Below are positions 25,901-38,964 of a stretch of DNA of 64,000 nucleotides, one piece after another. The position numbers and the translations under genes were made by a program. This DNA comes from Trichoplax adhaerens (Eukaryota; Animalia; Placozoa). Every line of letters begins with the position of its first letter. The stretch's first letter is position 1. The notes under the pieces are model-generated. The model made no database searches, had not been told where the DNA came from, and saw only the letters and a program-made list of their open reading frames with translations. The stretch spans positions 6,857,102-6,921,101 of the forward strand of contig NW_002060944.1 of the NCBI RefSeq assembly GCF_000150275.1. The letters run 5' to 3'.

Positions 25901-26325
25901 CCCCAATCGATGCCAAGAAAAGAGGAACTGATTTATTAAGCTTGATTTCTAAAAATTTAAAGTCAAATCAAAAATTAAACGATTTTAAGAGAATGTCTGC
26001 AGATTATCGGAAGAGCAATATCTCTACCGCTAAATTTTACACTCATTGTCACGAGCTATTCGGGAATTATTTCTATCAAATTTTACCTGAAATGGTTGCA
26101 CTTATGCCGGACATAAAACAGCAAAACGATCTTTTCAAAGTTTGGTGCGATTCTATAGATCATATAAAATCTCGAAAGAAAATATGGCGTGCTGTAAAAG
26201 AAGAAGACGGTATAGATCTCGATTCGATTTGTAGTTGTTTGCCTTGTCCAAACTGCGGTCAAATTGTTATAGAAAGTGATTTCGATAATCACATTGTTAA
26301 TCACTCCAATTTTATTACTGGATGA
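22984..26325 (+). CDS. ZNF598: E3 ubiquitin ligase ZNF598/Hel2 (ribosome quality control), exons ~22984-23172, 23593-24295, ~24414-26325
   Basis: N-terminal RING CVLC..SCNHPVCYKC..LR.LC...YCPVCR. C2H2 fingers include GHPVCKFCKKHYFDDDDLYLHLHNDHFSCHFC. The low-complexity region has (D/E)FPxL and PPPG motifs, and the C-terminus has a helical domain plus CPNC..H..H. Confidence 0.95.
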
Positions 26326-27970
26326 GGAAACAAATAAGGCCATAGGTGTTATAAACAACTATAAATTGCAAATTTGTTTTACGAAGAGTAAGGAAAAAAT
26401 CTAAATATTAATGATTGTGTCTTGGCTCCTACTTAAAGTAGGCGAAATATATCATTTTTACTAATACATATATGACGTTTTAAATGCAGAAATCTAAAAA
26501 TTTGACTTAAATTCAGTAAAAGCATTGATATGTCCCTTATTTTTACCGGGAGAATTTTAGCTGTATGGGTATGATGTACTTGAAATGACAACGCTTGTTA
26601 TAAGGTGGTACCAAAATTTACTTTTATAAACTATCTCTTTTCAATATACATTTTTAAGACAATACTTGATTATGAGATGAATCAAAAGTAAATGCCAATG
26701 ATATGCGTGTTGGATTAACTTTTATTTAAGTAAACTCTGATTAATAATAAGGCAACTAGCGGTTCGTATCTCTGTCAGAAGTAGCCCTGCCGTTGCATGT
26801 AATCTTAAAAGATAACTAACTTAATAGCTCTTTCCTACACAAACGTATTAAGAACTATTGGAGATTTCAGTATCATTCTGAACCAGGCAAAACTAACTTG
26901 CAATATGTGATTAATTGGCAGTGTATGTACATTATATTTTGTAGTTTTTATAACAAGTGACTGTTAGTACTTTACACAAATCGCGTTGTTACATTGGTTA
27001 GATCTAAAAATGGAAGCTAAGCTATCGGGAACGAATAAACATTTGTGGGTTATCGATTTTAGAATGTTTACCATGAACTTTATTTAACCTGAATAAGATG
27101 CTACTCTAATTAGTATATACTGTACATTGATTACTGAGATTAAGGATTAAGTATTCTAGCAACAACGTAACGCCAACTTATGGTAACTAAAACAAAACAG
27201 TTTGCGTTGGGCTAGGGAACTATTTACAATTATACGTATATCATGTCATTATTATAACCGCCACCACTTCTCAGCTATATAATTTCATTCTCTTACTAAA
27301 CGTACCCACTCAATCATATCATATCGGTTAAATTAATTGAATATGATATCCTTTTATTTTTGTTTGAACGCTCGTTGATACGATAAAAAAAAAATCGGTC
27401 ACGATCATTTCTAATATTTTGTACATTGCCGTTATGGAAATAAGCCTCAAAAAATTAATAGACAATATTCTAGAGACGATGCAACTATGGAGTTTTTCTT
27501 CACTCCCTGGATGTATTCCTTAATTGAAATAATCTTTAAGAAGTAAAATTAGCATAACCTATTGTAGCACATTAAGAACCACCGTTTTAAGCATACGATA
27601 ATATACCTTTGGCACGATAGGAAACGTAATTCATCGTAATGAAATTAGTTAAGTTTATACGTTATCGTTCAGGTATAGTCGAATTATCTACTTCTATATA
27701 GTACATTGTCTGCTTACTCTTTAACGTATAGAAAGATTACGTCATATTATGGACGCGTATAACAAAATCAACATTAGTAAAATTTTGAATGATTACAAGG
27801 ATGAAATTAGTAAGTTTACCAAAGACTGTATACCAATTTTAGTATAAATATCTATAATGATTTGGTCAAATCGTACTTGATGTTTTCAATTAAAGTAGTA
27901 AATACAATTGCAAATCAACGTAATCAATACATATTCAATTGCCGTTAGTTACTTAGTCAGCGTTTGAGAA

Positions 27971-30900
27971 TTAATCTTCTAATGGTTCATCCTCTAGAAC
28001 TTCCTCCTCATATTCTGCGGCTGCTTGAGCCTCTAAGTCGTTAGTATTCTCATCATTATCATATTTAATAGATTCTTCTTCATGGACAACATCTTCTCTA
28101 GCTTCTCCGATACGCTCAAATTCTTCAGTTGGCTGATCTACGACAGCTAATGAATACATAAAATGATAGCATTATTTATCAGTCAGTCAATACATGAATA
28201 GATAATGTAAAAATTAATTTACATCTTTAAATAATATGTATAACCGGTTTATGTACAGTACTGATAAAATATGCTAATCGCATTATGCTACTCTCGTCTG
28301 TAAATATAACTACGATAAGAATAACTTAAAATTATTGTTACAAAATGTTGTTATATCGTCGTAAAATTACACATCTCATATGAGAATCCTCTTCATTTAT
28401 TACAACGTTGATTTGTTTACCTCGGCTTTCTCCAGTAAAGCCATTTGAGTCTAACTTCGATTGGGGTTGTGTCCGTTCAAGGAGCTTCTTATCTCGAGTA
28501 TCTTTTGCATTCTTCTCAGATTCGATAATTTGATGGAAAGCTTCCTCTGCAACAGTCACCAAATCTTCTTCTTCTTCTCTTTGATTCGGTTCCTCTTTTG
28601 AACTATGAATTTTTAAATACATTTTAATATAATTGTAATCAATCTTACTTATTCAAATAGAGTAAAACATCTATACTGTTAACAAGAAGCTGTATGCAAT
28701 ATATCCTCATAATTATTTTTATGTACTATGATATCTCAACTTAATAATAAAAAGTGATCCATTAATGTGTAGTATGATAACATAAGATTTCAAAACTCAC
28801 TTTTCCTTCATTTTACTCCTAATCCTCATCTCGCGATAACGAGCCTCTAATATTTTTTCTCGCTTGGTCTCGCGTTCAAACATCTATCAAATTATATCAG
28901 TGAGAAATATTGATGTCAAGTTGAATACAACTGTCTACAGTTTAATTCATAAATAGCTTTTACTGATTTATATAACTTACAGCTCCTACGGACGCCTTTT
29001 CATTTCTTTGCAATGTGCACAATCCTTCCGATAATTCTAGCAATGTTGTCGTACCACTGTGTGATCCACACGCCACTAATCGACCATGGTCTTGTATGCG
29101 CAAAGATAATAGAGCTTCATCACAAACCTATTAATTAATTTATAATCAAATTTGTGGGTATTAATAATGAATAATAAACAATTATCCTTTAATATCTTAA
29201 ATGATGTCTTATGATATACCTGTAGACTCAGAGTGGGATCATTCTGCTTAAATAAATAATCCCATACATCTAGGGTACCATCCATTCTAGTAGTAAAGAA
29301 AACTGCGGGGCGCACTGGACTCCAACAACCGTCAGTTAAGTATGACATATGATATCTGTAATTTTAGGTTTATATAATGAGATATTTAAATTTATCGTCT
29401 GCACATTTAAGAAATTTTAAGTAAAATAGCCTTCAAACACTTACTTTGACCACATGATAGAAGATTCACGCAAATCTTCTGACCAAATCTATAAAACAAT
29501 ATATTGACTTTACTATAAGCTATTACAAGAAAATATTAGTAAATGGGCACGATAGTGCAATTTTTTGTGTGCTAACCCTAGCAGTCCAATCGCCAATGGT
29601 CAAGAAATTTTTGGGAAAGAATGGATTACGTTGTAACGAATAGACTGGGCCGTGATGGCTATTATACACTGCTACGATCTTTTCCGTGGACGATTTTGCT
29701 TTACGATTACATGCAAGAACATAGCCTTGTTCTGTTCCAACCATAAATTTCGTTGGCTATCAAGAATTAGAATGTCAGATAGGAGTTAAATAATCTAAAC
29801 GGGCGTTAAGATTCCCAATAGTTTAAGTAATAATTCCATTCAAAATATACTGGGGAGTCATATTCAAGTTATAAAGAATTGCTACTTACAATTGTTGGCT
29901 CATATTCCAATGCCACGCCACCAAGTACTTTTCTACCAACTTTAGATACATCTAATTTCATTGTTTCTGTCGGTTCACCGATCTTACGAATATCCCACCA
30001 TAATACATATCCATCAGTAGACGTTGAAAAGCACTCAGTTCCTTTAAAAAATAATTTTATTTATTAAACTCCCATTCTTTAATAACTTCAAATCTAATGA
30101 TTAATATTGCATATTCACCTGTTTTAGATTGAAGAAAGATCGTCTTATAAACCGGATCTCGATGACTGTGTTCGATAGGAGATACTTCGACAGGTTGCGA
30201 ACCTTTTCTTGTATCCCAAAATGCTAGATAATCAAGGGCAAATACAAATAAATATTAGAGGGAGCAATTTTGAATTTTTTGGGTATTTTGTGTAACCTAA
30301 GAGGTTCTAGATGGACGAACGATATTGAGAGATTGCACTTACCAACTTGCCCATTGTAACAACCTCCAACGAGTATATGAGAATCCTTGGGATTATATTC
30401 AAGACAAACCAAAGGCGATGCGGGTTTTAGTGTAAGGTCTGGCTTATTAGGGCTTTCTAATAATGTAACAGTTGTAAAATTAAGAAAAATTGAACATTTC
30501 TAATATATGATTTGTTAAGTAGTTATTTACATATTAATGATATATTATAATAAATTAGTAGATAATATATAACTATTTATGTACCTATGTCCCATATATA
30601 AGAGTCAAGACAAGTATCAGAGGAAGCTTTTTGAAATTCTAGAATGGAATAAGCAACTGCTAGTTTGCGTGCACCATCTGGGAACCAGGAAATATGTGTA
30701 GCTGTTCGTTTAATTTCATTAGGATCTCTAGTAAAACAATGTTACGGTTAAGAATATGAGACATGGGAATATATGAGATTTGTTAATTTATTTATTATAA
30801 TTAGCACTGTAGATATCATAAAAGCACTGAATACTTATACGGATACCAACCTGAAAACATTGACCGTTTTGGCGAAAGGTGATTGACTTGAAGAATCAAT

Positions 30901-31726
30901 ATCGGCTTCCGCAAAATATTCCTCATAGATATCAACAGCGTTATTTTGCTTAATGCAATGCTCCATCACCTGTATTATAAAATATTACATTTAGGCAAAA
31001 GCTATAAAATATATTTACAGTTTAACAGGATGTGAAATTTTCTATTTTTAAGATAGATTTAAAACTTTAATAGATCAATGGTATTTCTATTAATGTGATT
31101 AGCTATAGTACTGCGTGTATAAATTAAATTTCTATGGACGATACAAGCTATCACTAGGATGAGTTCGGTATCGTGATATCTAAAATAGCGATAGTGGTAA
31201 TTTTCCAATAGATTAATGTAAAATTATAATTTGGGTCGTTGAAACCGAATACTGTTACGATTGTACGTGATTATTAACGTACACTTCCGAGCTGTTGAAT
31301 TGTTTGTACATATGCTTCATCTTTTTCCACTTTCTTCCTATATCGAATAGTCTGCTCCACTTCTTGAGGGTTAATATCTTTTGGCCAACCTCCTTCGACA
31401 TGATTTACCCCTCTATTTTCTGTTTCGAATCTTTCAGTATTAACCTTTTAATAAAGCAATAGTGTATTTTAATATCGACTCAGCTAAATCAAAAGTTATT
31501 TTTGATCATCATGGATAAAAACTATAACTAAAGTTTAGTTTACCTCATGTTCAGACATCTCAGGTACACTTTGTATCCCCGTATCCACTGGACTTTTTTC
31601 AACGAAATTGTTTAATAAAGATGAATCGGGTTGAATATCGACCAATAATTCCGCTGGTCGATCAGAGAATTGGCATTGCTTGCCAAATTCGGATCGTTTC
31701 TTGGTATAAACATAGACAATCTCCAT
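27971..31726 (-). CDS. DNAI2: Axonemal dynein intermediate chain 2 (IC69/IC2, WD40), multi-exon
   Basis: N-terminus [23 protein letters not shown]. Later exons encode [45 protein letters not shown] and [22 protein letters not shown], then an acidic C-terminal tail. Confidence 0.96.
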
Positions 31727-31869
31727 GATTGAAATAGGTTTCTCCCTTATGATTTATAATCTCAACAGGCAATAGGATTAATGTCTGCCTTGTTGAACTC
31801 CACAACTAAACGAAGCTGGTTGCTAACATAAAATTTGGTTGCTAAGGATTTCCAATGTAGGCGAATTTT

Positions 31870-32430
31870 CACAGTACAAGGCACTGTAAAGTAGGGTGTA
31901 TAGTACTGTAGTCTACAATACAAAGTACAATCCTGGCTTGTGAAATGGAAAAATTTTGTTGATCCAAAAATTGGAAGATTAATTTCGACATAGTTATAGT
32001 ACAGCAAAGAAATTCAAGTCTTGATAATTGTATATAGCTAATTTAGCTCCGGTATGAGTGAGTCGCAATCATATAAAATAGGACTTTCTAATGCAAGAAT
32101 TTTTCATTTTAACAGCTTTTAGTATGGAGAAAATCGCGGTATGTACAGAGTGTACTGTACAGTGTACAGTCTATAGAATATTGGAGAGAAGGGACTGTAC
32201 ACTGTACACTGTACAGTACAGTACAGCAAAGAGTACAGTACAGTACAGCAAAGAGTACAGTACTGTACAGTACGTTTCAGTGGATCCATATTGAACTGTT
32301 CATTTGTACTGTACAGTACAATACTGTACTGTACGTACTGTACAGTACTTAGTAGTACAGTACACTAAGTGCAGTATACTGTAGCACTTACCAGCGCATA
32401 GTACTGTACTGTATACCGTAGTGTGTATAC
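31870..32430. promoter_or_regulatory. TACAG pentamer arrays in the DNAI2/NUBP2 bidirectional promoter
   Basis: Dense ACAGT/ACTGT runs, mainly 32140-32430, lie in the ~830-bp gap between the two divergent start codons. A regulatory role is inferred from position only. Confidence 0.6.
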
Positions 32431-32553
32431 GCTGAGTCATGCACCTGTAAAAAACGAGAACTACTCATTTTGGTAGGAAGCTCCAATGCGGTTTGTAAAG
32501 CAGTATAGCATTCGATAGCGTGATTGCGTCACTGTCAGCAAGATTTCTGCACA

Positions 32554-34823
32554 ATGGCTGAAGGTAAGAGAGGCTTGCAAGTATGCAATTTTCAACTGGA
32601 TATTAAAGCATTGGAAAATAATGTTGATAATCTATTTTGGCTATAGAAGGAGCTCAAAAAGCTACCGGCAAGATTAAATCGGTCGTTTTGATTCTATCTG
32701 GTAAAGGAGGTGTTGGTAAAAGTACTGTAGCGTCACAAATTGCATTGGAATTAGCAAATGGAGGAAACAAGGTCGGTTACATTGAGTTATTCATTCAAAA
32801 TGGATTCCATCTCTTTTCGTAGCTAGCATTCAAGGATGCTATCCCAGTGAATGAATGGTATAATATACCATTATACCGTAAAGTGCATCATTTCTTCATG
32901 CCATTAGCGCACTGCTAGTTGTATGCTTTGCCAAGAAATGAATGAGACCCCCAAAATGTGCTACACTGTAGTTACTCTACTGTATAACATGGAAGGTCTC
33001 TGTTGGGTAGAATACCCTTAATATGCATTAAATGCAATCTTATGTGAAATGAACCAATTGAACGTGATAGCATGAGTATTTTTATATTAATGGAGTAATC
33101 GAAAAAGTAATAATATGCAGTATAACGGTCTATACTGCTGCATTCTAATAATGGAATAGTTAGGTGATAAATACAGCATTGCAGCTTTATGCTTATTGCA
33201 CGAGTATAGTAGATCAGCTACAGCCTACAGCAGCATACTTTAAATGTAAATAGGGTGTTAAAGCAAATCATTTTGGCTATTAATATTGGATCTACTATGC
33301 ATAGACTCTTTCTTTTTCTATGTCCTTATTATTGTAAACATCATATGTACTATACAATCGCAGCTGCGAAGTTAGTACTGTAATAACTTACATATATTTA
33401 GTAATACTGTAAAATAAAATCAACGAATACAAGCAAGCAATGAATGTCGAAAGCATTCTATCTATACTGTTAATTTTGTAGGTTGGAATTTTAGATGTTG
33501 ATCTATGTGGCCCAAGCATTCCGCGAGTTTTGGGATTAGAAGATAAGGATGTCCATCAATGTGCAGATGGGTTAGTAGAAGCAATTAGAAGCATACTCCG
33601 ATACTCGTATACTGTAATGTGCATCTAGTGATGAACAATGCTACCACGTATCCTACCGTGTTTGCATTAGTGTATAGTATTCTTAGTAATCATCATCTTT
33701 ACTATTCTCTGCCCTTTCAAGTTGGATTCCGGTGTATGCTGACAAAAATGAAAAACTGGCAGTAATGTCGATTGGATTTCTATTACGTAATAGCAAAGAT
33801 GCTGTAGTTTGGAGAGGGCCTAAAAAAAATGGTAAAATACAAGTATTCCTACTATCATCTGTGCAGTGTATATTTACATCATGCTGTTTACTAGAGTTTA
33901 ATAGCTAGCAGTAGAAACTATGTATTACCTGCTATCGTGAACAAGATTGTTATGAATACGCTTCTCTAGCTATGATTAAGCAATTTTTATCCGATGTGGT
34001 ATGGGGCGACTTAGACTATCTTATAATTGATACTCCTCCAGGTAACTTTCTGTTTTAAATTTTTAGACTATGCGTAATTTACTATTAATATGGTATCATC
34101 TATTTAATGTGTTATTCTATTCTTCTACAGGTACTTCAGATGAACACATTACAGTAGCTGAAAATGTCAGAGGTTTAAATCTTACTGGAGCTGTAATGGT
34201 CACTACACCTCAAGTAAATACGTTATCATACTTTTGTAAGCGAACCTACCTAATATGGTTAGTACTTTCTCAATAAGACATTGATACTTGCTACGTATAG
34301 GCGGTTGCTTTAGGTGATGTTAGAAGAGAAATAACCTTTTGTAAGAAGGTTGGAATTCCTATTGTTGGCATCGTTGAAAATATGAGTGGTTATACCTGCC
34401 CTAATTGTTCGGTGCGTACAGCAATGTTAAATACTCGATAGGAAGCAATATAAATTACTAATTTGAACAATTGTACGGATGTAATGCTACTTCCAACTTA
34501 ATTATGTCATCTGTTAATTTTTGTGTCTTTATTGTGTAGGAATGCACTAATATATTCTCTAAAGGCGGAGGTGAAGCACTAGCCCAACTTACGCAAGTAC
34601 CATTTCTAGGTGATGAGGGAGTTCCTGAAGATTATTGTATTAATGATACTTTGTAATCTATTACTGATTGTATACAATTGCTCGACATACTGTAGGTTGC
34701 TTACCACTTGATCCGAAATTGACGATGTCGATAGAAGATGGGAAATCTTTCACTGAATTGTACTCAGAATCACCAACTGCGTTAGCCATCAGGGAAATTA
34801 TCCGACCGTTAATAACTTCTTAA
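32554..34823 (+). CDS. NUBP2: Cytosolic Fe-S cluster assembly factor NUBP2/Cfd1 (P-loop NTPase), multi-exon
   Basis: Motifs [50 protein letters not shown] and [12 protein letters not shown]. It lacks the N-terminal 4-Cys extension of NUBP1. Confidence 0.93.
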
Positions 34824-35281
34824 CGATCACGTTTGATAATTTAGAATTATTAACAGAATTATATAAATAATATAATTTCTACATTGTTAAGATACGATTT
34901 TGATTGGACGAGCGTATTTGCTTAAAAACATTTTTTAATGGATGTGGTTAACCTCTTTGTAATATTATGTGATCATCGATGATGAAACAATTAGATAGTT
35001 TATTTCATGATTGATTATCTTTCAAGATTTGCGTCTTCAAAAAATTTGATTCTATTTATCGAGCAAAACCTATACTAATACCCGAATAATTGTAAAGGTT
35101 AAAATTATAAATGACTATATAATAAATTCTCCTATCAGTACCGATGACAACAGGGTAACGATGAGCATTCAAAAATTGTAGGAAACGATATCGTCTCCAA
35201 TGCTACAGCTCGTATAGTGACATATGCAGTTTTGATAAAATTTAACATTGTATTATTTAAAAAGCGGAGTGAACATATTAG

Positions 35282-36705
35282 TTAGCGTTCGATCTCAATT
35301 GCATTATCTTCAGCAGTAATAGGTACTGATTGGCTATGATTAATATCAAAGATTATTTCCACATTCGACAATTGTGATATTTCTTTTCTTAGCCTATCTA
35401 TCCATAGATTCAACATAGACATATTGTTTCCACGAAGCATACAAGTACCTACAACTAGACCTGAAAAAAAATAGTATTGGATAGATGTAAATAACTATAC
35501 CAACTGAATGATAAAATACAACAAGTATATCATACTGAAAAGAAACAATACCAGTAGTATTCTTCTACCAATGAAAAATAGTTGCACAAAATAATATCAG
35601 CAAATCAAATTTATATTCATAATTACCCTCTTCATTTTTTTCTTCACCAATTTGAACGCTAGCATGGGCTCTAAGTACGTAATAATACTGGGGGTATTTG
35701 CTTAGCCATACCCTAAAAGGGCCCTCAACAAGTAATGGCTTGGAAGTGTCATAATTGGTTAAAAATTGCTTTTGATTAGGACTTTGAATTGCGAGGAGAA
35801 ATTTATCTTCACCATTTTTTTTGTCATGCTAATAAATGCACAATCAAAATGAAATTATCATCATTAAGCAATTTATACTAAAATCCTGCAGTATATGATT
35901 CCCACCAATGTAAGTAAACTATTCAGCTCTATACAAATATAAAGTCTATAATCTGTTTTTCTACTACCTCGTATATGGTAATGACTCCATCTGAGCCAGC
36001 AATTCTTTGCAAAGCAATGCTTCCTAATTCTATTGGATCAGTAGGCACTGGGGAAGGCAGTTTATACGGATTTATGTCTTTGAATCGGGTAAACCAATAC
36101 TCAATTCGTTGCGCTTTCTGCAATGGGAAACTTTTTCTACCGAAAACGTCGTATAATATACGATATGTATCTTCGTTGGGCAGAATACCTTCTTCCTCCA
36201 TCTTTGTTAACACATCCAAAGCACAGTCAATTTGTGGATGCGGTTTAGGCCATACAACATCTAACCAGCTACGATTGACAAAACGATCTTTTGGAAAAAC
36301 GTCTAGAAGTTTATTATAAGTTTCAATATCTTGTTCCAATTCAAATTTATCAATTAAACTTAATGCTGAATAAATAAAGTCAACATGACCACGGCGTTGG
36401 CGATCCCTAGCGTTAAACTTGTCAATAGCCTGATGGAAGCTATCTTTCTGCTTGGTCTGTAGGGCTTCCTCTAATATTGCTCCAACAGTTATTAAATTTT
36501 TGATTTTATCATTAGATTTAAATCTCTTAACTATTATTGGTGCGGAGGCGATCATTGTAGGTCGCCGCAGTAATCCATGATGTAAACGATTGCAACGTGA
36601 AAACGTCCAAGTATGATTCCAATTCGACAGTACAGCCGTTATTATCTTGGTAACGCTAGTGTTTGTAATACGAATATAACCTGCCCTAATTTTGTGTACC
36701 TGCAT
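35282..36705 (-). CDS. ECSIT: ECSIT (complex I assembly factor / Toll pathway intermediate), 3 coding exons
   Basis: Motifs RRGHVDFIYSAL..FELEQDIETYNKLLDVFPK, PQIDCALDVLTKMEEEGILP, YWFTRFKDINPY.LP and LLVEGPFRVWL..YYVLRA. The N-terminus is basic and presequence-like. The start is taken as the first in-frame ATG (36705). Confidence 0.92.
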
Positions 36706-37479
36706 TTCCACTTTTCGATCTCTATCAAGTGCCAAATCCTAAAGCTTGATTCTAAATGAGTAAATACGATGTGTGAGTATTCAAATTAGGGCTCAGGAGT
36801 GAACAGATTGAGTTTTCACCCTCATACTATAGATATAAAGTGAGCAATGGTCATCTAGTTTTATTCTAAAATGCTTAATACTCCTATTTGCTGTATCAAC
36901 ACTTGATCTATTAAACTACAGTAGTCATTTTTTGCAGTAGAGAATAAAGCAGTGATCTTAAAAACATTTAGCTTTTATACTACACCGTAGTACGAGTATA
37001 CTGTAAGCATGTGGCTTCCTTGCGCATGCAAACGAGCGTCAAGGTTTCTAAAACACAGTACTACATTTTGCACCTCATTATTATCTTGTAAATGCAATAC
37101 TTGCATTCTAGTATAGCTTAATAAATCTAGAAATCAATGTGTTTTCGATTACCTCATTGATTTCATGCCTGGAGATTCCCTGAAATATCCGTATACACTA
37201 TAGTACACTACAGAGCCGGAAATGACCTGCACAATCTTGTGGAGTTACAAGTTCAGCTGAAATAATAAAATCTCTATCAGATCAATTCGATTTCACAACA
37301 GCCTGATGATTCACAGTGGAGAGTAGAACTTAAGGTGAAGATTAGAACAAGTGGTTAAATATGGAGGCAGTTACTGCAGCTTTATAATGTCTGCTAATAT
37401 CAAAAATTAATTTGAGCAATGGCTAGTACACCTAAAATCCTTGAACTATCCTACTAGCAGTACTAGGTTATATAACTTA

Positions 37480-37760
37480 TTATAGTACTGCAGTGCCACC
37501 ACGAGTACTGTACTCAGTGTGCTGGTACTGGTACAGTACCAGGCCGGTACAGTACAGTGTACAGTGTACAGTACAGTGTTGGTAACTCTATGGACTGTAA
37601 CTTCTGGACAGCTCATGTGCACTACAGTATATCGTCAGTTATTGATGAAAAACATGTTCATTTGCATACTGTACTGTACTATCAACAACTGATGATGCAG
37701 CTCTTAAGCTCTTAAAGTCCTTTCCCAGTCTGTACAGTACTTTACTATGATGTACTATAC
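37480..37760. promoter_or_regulatory. TACAG pentamer cluster in the ECSIT/RPSA divergent promoter
   Basis: GTACAGTACAGTGTACAGTGTACAGTACAG and related runs between the divergent genes. Function is inferred. Confidence 0.55.
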
Positions 37761-37999
37761 AATACAAAACGGATGTCTTCGCGATCGGTGAAGTGCTGAT
37801 CCGAATATGGAGAGAAATTCCTCAAATATTGCGCAAATAGCAACAATTACCACTGACCATTATTGATTGGCACTGTTTGGTGTGATTACTACTGAAAAAT
37901 AGTAGTTTCAGTATGGTTTTTAGGCTCCCAGATCGGACTCTATCATCGGAGTAGCATCGATCTTCAGGACATCTATTTTGCACATTAGGCTGTGCGGTA

Positions 38000-38092
38000 T
38001 ACGCATGCGTAATGGACCCCTATATACCCAGTGCCTTACCGCGTGCTCCTCCTTTTCTAGTCGATATCGGCTTCCACTTGGCGTTAAGAACA
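38000..38092 (+). promoter_or_regulatory. RPSA core promoter and non-coding exon 1 with a 5'TOP/TCT-like pyrimidine tract
   Basis: Palindrome TACGCATGCGTA at 38000-38011, TATATA at 38021-38026, CTCCTCCTTTTCT at 38046-38058 (~25-30 nt downstream), then donor CAG|GTAAGG at 38092/3. The acceptor is TTTTTCAG at 38930. Confidence 0.7.
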
Positions 38093-38964
38093 GGTAAGGC
38101 TTGGAAATATTACTTAAATCCATTAAAAAATCACACTGTTCACGAATTCTTCTTGATTAGACGATGATATCAAATAGTCTGATACTATTAAGTCACTTTT
38201 CGATCATAATATTATAGTGAAATAGTGAAAATTGGATAGTTTGAAAAATTGAAAATCTTCAACAGTACTTTACAGTAACAGTATTAGAGTCGTTGTTTGG
38301 AAGGCAGCCTTCCTACTACGATCTAGATGTTGGATTCTGTTATATTTAGTGCATTAATTAATGGTTATTAAAGTAGAGTACAGCAATAGTCCCCAGCTTC
38401 TAATGTACTTGATCTTCTGCCTGTGATATGCAGTTGTCCAATATTATAGTGGTATTTTTCGACCATTACTATGAAGGAGTAAAACTCGGAGAGTTTATGG
38501 AAAGTTGTAAACGCTCCAAGTACAGTAGTTGTTTAGTCCTTCTATCCTGTATTGATGGGAACTTCCCTTCTACAATACTTTAAAATCTCTATTATGCGGT
38601 ACTAGATATGGTATGATATAGTACACGAATAGTCGTTAAAGTAGAATATAGTTGTAATCCTCCACCTATTATACCGGTAAGTTTCAGAATTGAACGATAG
38701 TTAATTATTAAGACAATGTCGATATCATGGGTAGTTGTACAGTACAGTACTACATTAGCTTATGATCTAATCCGACTCTTGCATGCTCTGAATTTATTCA
38801 GCCGTATAATGGCGTAGTTACGCATCAGATCGCCAACATTTTCTATCCTTGACATAATAATACGTATTATACGGTACGAATTGGAAATCTTCGCTTGATG
38901 TGGAAATGATGAAAATTATTTTTTTTTCAGGTTGTCTACCGTTACTATTACTGACAGCTACAAG

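Noticed and set aside
12850-37816. ATGGAGA(G)AA as a shared promoter motif (12850, 14226, 32124, 37807)
   Set aside because: The same word occurs inside coding exons and introns (18967, 19275, 45026), so enrichment cannot be shown.
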